Positions 60,684 through 64,000 of a DNA stretch of 64,000 nt are shown in pieces. The notes under the pieces are model-generated. The model ran no database searches. It saw only the letters and a list, made by a program, of their open reading frames with translations, and was not told the origin of the DNA. The stretch is from Sphingobacteriales bacterium (GTDB lineage Bacteria; Bacteroidota; Bacteroidia; Sphingobacteriales; Sphingobacteriaceae). The stretch covers positions 28,914 to 92,913 of the forward strand of contig JBBSQW010000011.1 in NCBI GenBank assembly GCA_038243635.1. Direction: 5' to 3'. Numbering within the stretch: the first letter of the stretch is position 1; the number at the start of each line of letters is the position of its first letter. The translations under genes and the position numbers were made by a program.

Positions 60684-62057
60684 TTATTTACTTCTAAATA
60701 CAATATCTAAACACTCAAAAATTGCTCTTTTGGCTTTTTCTAAATCTAATTTACTATGTGCAGCAGAAACAAAGCCAACTTCATATCCTGACGGACCAAA
60801 ATACATTCCCCGGTTTAATAATTCACGGTGCATCATTTTAAACTTATCCATGCTGGCCGGATCAATTGCTTCTGAGGTTTGTACTTTCTCTGCATCAGTA
60901 AAGGCAAACCAAAAAATAGAACCAATTTGAAACACCTTAAACTGGTAGTTTTTAGAGCTTGCATAACGCTGAATAGCGTTTGTAAACTCTCCTGTTTTGG
61001 TATTTAATTCTTTATAAAAATTAGACTTTGCCAGTTCACTTAATTGTGCAATACCCGCTGCCATAGCAACCGGATTCCCAGAAAGTGTACCCGCTTGATA
61101 AACTGCGCCATCTGGAGAAATATTAGCCATTAACTTCGCCGAAGCTCCGTAGGCACCAACTGGTAAACCGCCTCCAATAATTTTTCCGTAGGTGATGATA
61201 TCTGGCTGAATACCGTAATAACCAGCGGCACCTTCAAAACCTACTCTAAAACCAGAAATTACTTCATCAAAAATCAATAAAGCACCGTTTTCTGTACAGA
61301 TTGTCCTTAGGTATTGCAAGTATTCTTTATCCTGCAACAGCAAACCATTATTTGCTGGTATTGGTTCAATAATTACTGCTGCTACCTGATCTTTGAACTG
61401 CTCGAAAGCAGCTTTTACAGCATCTTTATCATTTAAGGAAACCACAATAGTTTGGTCTGCAAAAGCTTTCGGAATTCCCGCTGAAGAAGTTTCGCCAAAC
61501 GTCACCAAGCCCGATCCTGCTTTTACCAATAATGAATCACTATGTCCGTGGTAACAGCCTTCAAATTTGATGATTTTATCACGTTTGGTTGCGCCTCTTG
61601 CTAAACGTATGGCAGACATTACTGCTTCTGTTCCAGAGCTTGTAAATCTTATTTTCTCAATGTATTTATTGTTCTTAATAATGAGCTCGGCAAGTTCTGT
61701 TTCCAGTGCTGTGGGTGCACCAAAAGACATTCCGTTTTGCATTACCTCTATCACCTTTTCCCTAACTTTTGGGTGATTATGACCCAAAATCAACGGTCCC
61801 CAAGAACAGCAGAAATCAATAAATTCGTTTCCATCAGCATCCCATAAACGGCAACCGTCCCCTTTTTCTATAAATAGCGGTGTTCCGTAAACAGATTTAA
61901 AAGCCCTTACCGGGGAGTTTACACCACCTGGAAAATACTGCTTGGCTTTTTCATATAGCTCTGCAGATTTCTCTCTAATGATATCAGCCTTCTCACCGTA
62001 TAATAGCGGTGTTTCCTCGTTGCTGTTGTTGAATATATTTTTTATTGAATCGAACAT
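60684..62057 (-). CDS. hemL: Glutamate-1-semialdehyde 2,1-aminomutase
   Basis: 457 aa; class III PLP aminotransferase; conserved lysine region (IITYGKIIGGGLP). Confidence 0.95.
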   Translation of the reverse strand: MFDSIKNIFNNSNEETPLLYGEKADIIREKSAELYEKAKQYFPGGVNSPVRAFKSVYGTPLFIEKGDGCRLWDADGNEFIDFCCSWGPLILGHNHPKVREKVIEVMQNGMSFGAPTALETELAELIIKNNKYIEKIRFTSSGTEAVMSAIRLARGATKRDKIIKFEGCYHGHSDSLLVKAGSGLVTFGETSSAGIPKAFADQTIVVSLNDKDAVKAAFEQFKDQVAAVIIEPIPANNGLLLQDKEYLQYLRTICTENGALLIFDEVISGFRVGFEGAAGYYGIQPDIITYGKIIGGGLPVGAYGASAKLMANISPDGAVYQAGTLSGNPVAMAAGIAQLSELAKSNFYKELNTKTGEFTNAIQRYASSKNYQFKVFQIGSIFWFAFTDAEKVQTSEAIDPASMDKFKMMHRELLNRGMYFGPSGYEVGFVSAAHSKLDLEKAKRAIFECLDIVFRSK

Positions 62058-62101
62058 TTTTTGAAAGCGTATTGCTTAAGGCCTAACACCTAAAGCTAAT
62101 T

Positions 62102-63073
62102 TTAAATCCATTTATTTTTTAAAACTTCTTTGGCATGATAGGTCAAAATCACATCTGCACCAGCTCTTTTGATACACATTAGTTTTTCCATAGTTGCCTT
62201 TTCTTCGTTTAACCAACCTCTTTGCGACGCTGCTTTTAGCATAGAATACTCGCCACTCACATTATAAGCTGCAATTGGCAAATCAAAATTATCTTTCAAC
62301 AACTTAATTACATCCAAATAAGCTAAAGCTGGTTTAACCATTAAAAAATCAGCACCTTCCTGCGTATCCAAAGCACCTTCAATTAATGCCTCACGCTGAT
62401 TAGCGGGGTTCATCTGGTAACTTTTTTTATCCCCAAACTTTGGTGCAGAATCTAAAGCGTCTCTGAACGGACCGTAAAATGCGCTTGCATATTTCGCCGT
62501 GTAAGACATGATAGAAACATTTGTAAAACCTTCTGCATCCAACGCTTCACGAATAAATTGCACTCTGCCGTCCATCATATCAGACGGAGCAATAATATCC
62601 GCACCTGCTCTTGCCTGAGCAACCGACATATCTCCTAAAATCTTTAATGTTTTGTCGTTAACTATTTCGCCGTTCTCTACTAAACCGTCATGACCATCAC
62701 TGCTGTATGGATCCATAGCTACATCAGTAACTACACACGCTTCGGGGAAACGAGACTTCACCTCTTTAATTGCCCTCAAATACAAGCCTTTCTCGTTTAT
62801 ACTCTCGCTCGCGGTTTTATCTTTTAACGATTCCTCAATATTTGGGAACAAATCAAAAGCTTTTAAACCCAACTCTAGACAACTTTCTACTTCATGTAAT
62901 AAGTTATCAATCGAATACCTAAAAATCCCCGGCATGGAAGCTACCTCAGTTTTTTGCTGCTTTCCATCAACAATAAACAATGGAAAAATAAAATTAGACG
63001 CATGAAGATGGTTTTCCTGCACCATATCTCTAATCACCTGCGATTTCCTATTTCTTCTTGGTCTGTTTAACAT
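62102..63073 (-). CDS. hemB: Porphobilinogen synthase (delta-aminolevulinic acid dehydratase)
   Basis: 323 aa; N-terminus RPRRNRKSQVIRDMVQE, active-site lysines, DVAMDPYSSDGHDG region. Confidence 0.95.
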   Translation of the reverse strand: MLNRPRRNRKSQVIRDMVQENHLHASNFIFPLFIVDGKQQKTEVASMPGIFRYSIDNLLHEVESCLELGLKAFDLFPNIEESLKDKTASESINEKGLYLRAIKEVKSRFPEACVVTDVAMDPYSSDGHDGLVENGEIVNDKTLKILGDMSVAQARAGADIIAPSDMMDGRVQFIREALDAEGFTNVSIMSYTAKYASAFYGPFRDALDSAPKFGDKKSYQMNPANQREALIEGALDTQEGADFLMVKPALAYLDVIKLLKDNFDLPIAAYNVSGEYSMLKAASQRGWLNEEKATMEKLMCIKRAGADVILTYHAKEVLKNKWI

Positions 63074-63120
63074 TCTTGTTGTTTAAATATTATTAGGGCG
63101 TTTTAACACGCTATCCGTTA

Positions 63121-63195
63121 TATCTTTTTTGCTTAGCCTTCGACTCCGCTCAGGCTGACAAAAAAGGATGTCACTGCTATCGTTAACGCAAAATT
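63121..63195. repeat. Intergenic hairpin repeat element, copy 2 (core inverted relative to copy 1)
   Basis: tatctttttt-gcttagccttcgactccgctcaggctgac-aaaaaaggatgtcactgctatcgttaacgcaaaatt; reverse complement of core matches copy-1 core with 2 mismatches; tails and left flanks co-linear with copy 1. Confidence 0.6.
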
Positions 63196-63496
63196 ATCTT
63201 CGTAACCATGAACTTTAGACTTAATTAGACTTCATTTATATATTTTTATTTAATGAATCTGCTACCTATCTGTGAGATGTTTCACTATCGTTCAACATGA
63301 CGGGGTGGATTTGCTTTAACTCCTGCAAGTTTGAACTAAATTAACAACCTAGCTCTGTGTTCTCCGCGTCCTCTGTGGTTAAAAAAACCTAGTCTATGGT
63401 GTTTCTCAGTGAAAAAACTCCGTGAACTCTGTGGTTATTGCTATACTTCAAACCAACAGCGCAAATCTCTCAATTCTCAAATCTCACTACTCAATA

Positions 63497-64000
63497 CTAA
63501 TTAACGTCTATGCCAAAAACAACTTCAGCCAAACCAATCTCATCTGGCGAAGCCGGCAAAATATATGTCACACCCATTTCATCAAATTTTACCCCGGTTG
63601 ATTTACCAATAGAAACGACTTGCTGACCCGGTTGCAGTAAATTATCAGCAAAATAAGCATCTACATTAGACGGGCTGGTAAACACTAAAACATCTGCATA
63701 AGTTGGCTCAACTTCTTCCTCTAAAATAGTTTCGTAAATTACCATTTCTACAATTTTGGTATCCTCAGAAAGACTTTGTTTAATGCTACGTAATGAATCT
63801 TTTGCTAATGGAAATAAAACTGTAGTTCCGTTTGCTACAACTGCAAATTCTTTTGAAATTTCTGCCGTGTCACTACTTTCTCCTACAAAAGAAACCGTTT
63901 TGCCTAAAGCTCTTAAAGCATCTTCTGACCCACGACCAACCACGCCAAACTTAATATCCTTTGGCAACAATGGTTCTAGTGAAAAAAAGTATTCGATTCC
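63497..64000 (-). CDS. hemD: Uroporphyrinogen-III synthase, C-terminal part (N-terminus beyond window edge)
   Basis: HemD-like pattern: KFGVVGRGSEDALRALG...VLVFTSPSNVDAYF...VVSIGKSTG; minus-strand frame open to window end. Confidence 0.7.
   Translation of the reverse strand, partial: GIEYFFSLEPLLPKDIKFGVVGRGSEDALRALGKTVSFVGESSDTAEISKEFAVVANGTTVLFPLAKDSLRSIKQSLSEDTKIVEMVIYETILEEEVEPTYADVLVFTSPSNVDAYFADNLLQPGQQVVSIGKSTGVKFDEMGVTYILPASPDEIGLAEVVFGIDVN

Overview
The window looks like part of a Bacteroidota chromosome, most likely Sphingobacteriia (Pedobacter/Sphingobacterium type). This is an inference from SusC/SusD-family pairs, lipoprotein-rich content, a TAnnTTTG-type -7 box, HemJ and PspC/PadR modules. 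Gene density is high and mostly housekeeping. Content from left to right is as follows.

- **1-11000:** a polysaccharide-utilisation-like locus on the minus strand. It comprises a GH127-like hydrolase (partial), GHL10-family protein, SusD-like and SusC-like TonB-dependent receptor. It is interrupted by a plus-strand era gene and a tandemly duplicated tRNA-fMet/tRNA-Glu pair.
- **11809-13813:** PadR regulator plus a PspC-domain membrane protein.
- **14113-17948:** carB with a terminator-like leader hairpin, then a VapB-like antitoxin (apparently frameshifted) with a PIN-domain toxin.
- **17978-19640:** the most distinctive feature in the window. A REP-associated tyrosine transposase (RAYT, IS200/HuH-like, 169 aa) is embedded in dense arrays of REP/REPIN-type palindromic repeats in both orientations, plus a truncated second RAYT remnant.
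- **19732-20680:** an apparently frameshift-disrupted lipoprotein gene (MORN/YwqK-like repeats fused to a TonB C-terminal domain).
- **20754-29901:** housekeeping genes, namely NadR-like ATPase, M16 peptidase, RNase G, a tiny 30-aa basic ORF, a TPR protein, HU, mutY and ssb.
- **30141-32754:** a YdjG/YdjI-like membrane module (zinc-ribbon membrane protein, SPFH-SHOCT protein, small membrane protein).
- **32981-46614:** pgi, der, S41 protease, murQ, aat, an operon of a large three-segment outer-membrane beta-barrel/coiled-coil protein with an OmpA-family protein, a lipoprotein and an RlmI-like methyltransferase.
- **46713-51068:** MlaFE-like ABC components, an SDR, and a PspC / DUF4097 (LiaF-like) / RDD module.
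- **51177-56639:** a GH63-like glucosidase, a HepT/MntA toxin-antitoxin pair, pheS, a lipoprotein and a TetR regulator.
- **56754-64000:** a minus-strand heme-biosynthesis cluster (hemD partial, hemB, hemL, hemE, hemJ). It unusually embeds a two-component system, and it has two structured or repetitive intergenic regions.

Several Rho-independent terminators are visible, as are two copies of a ~70-nt intergenic hairpin repeat family. All calls rest on reading the sequence and ORF translations by eye; no database searches were run.
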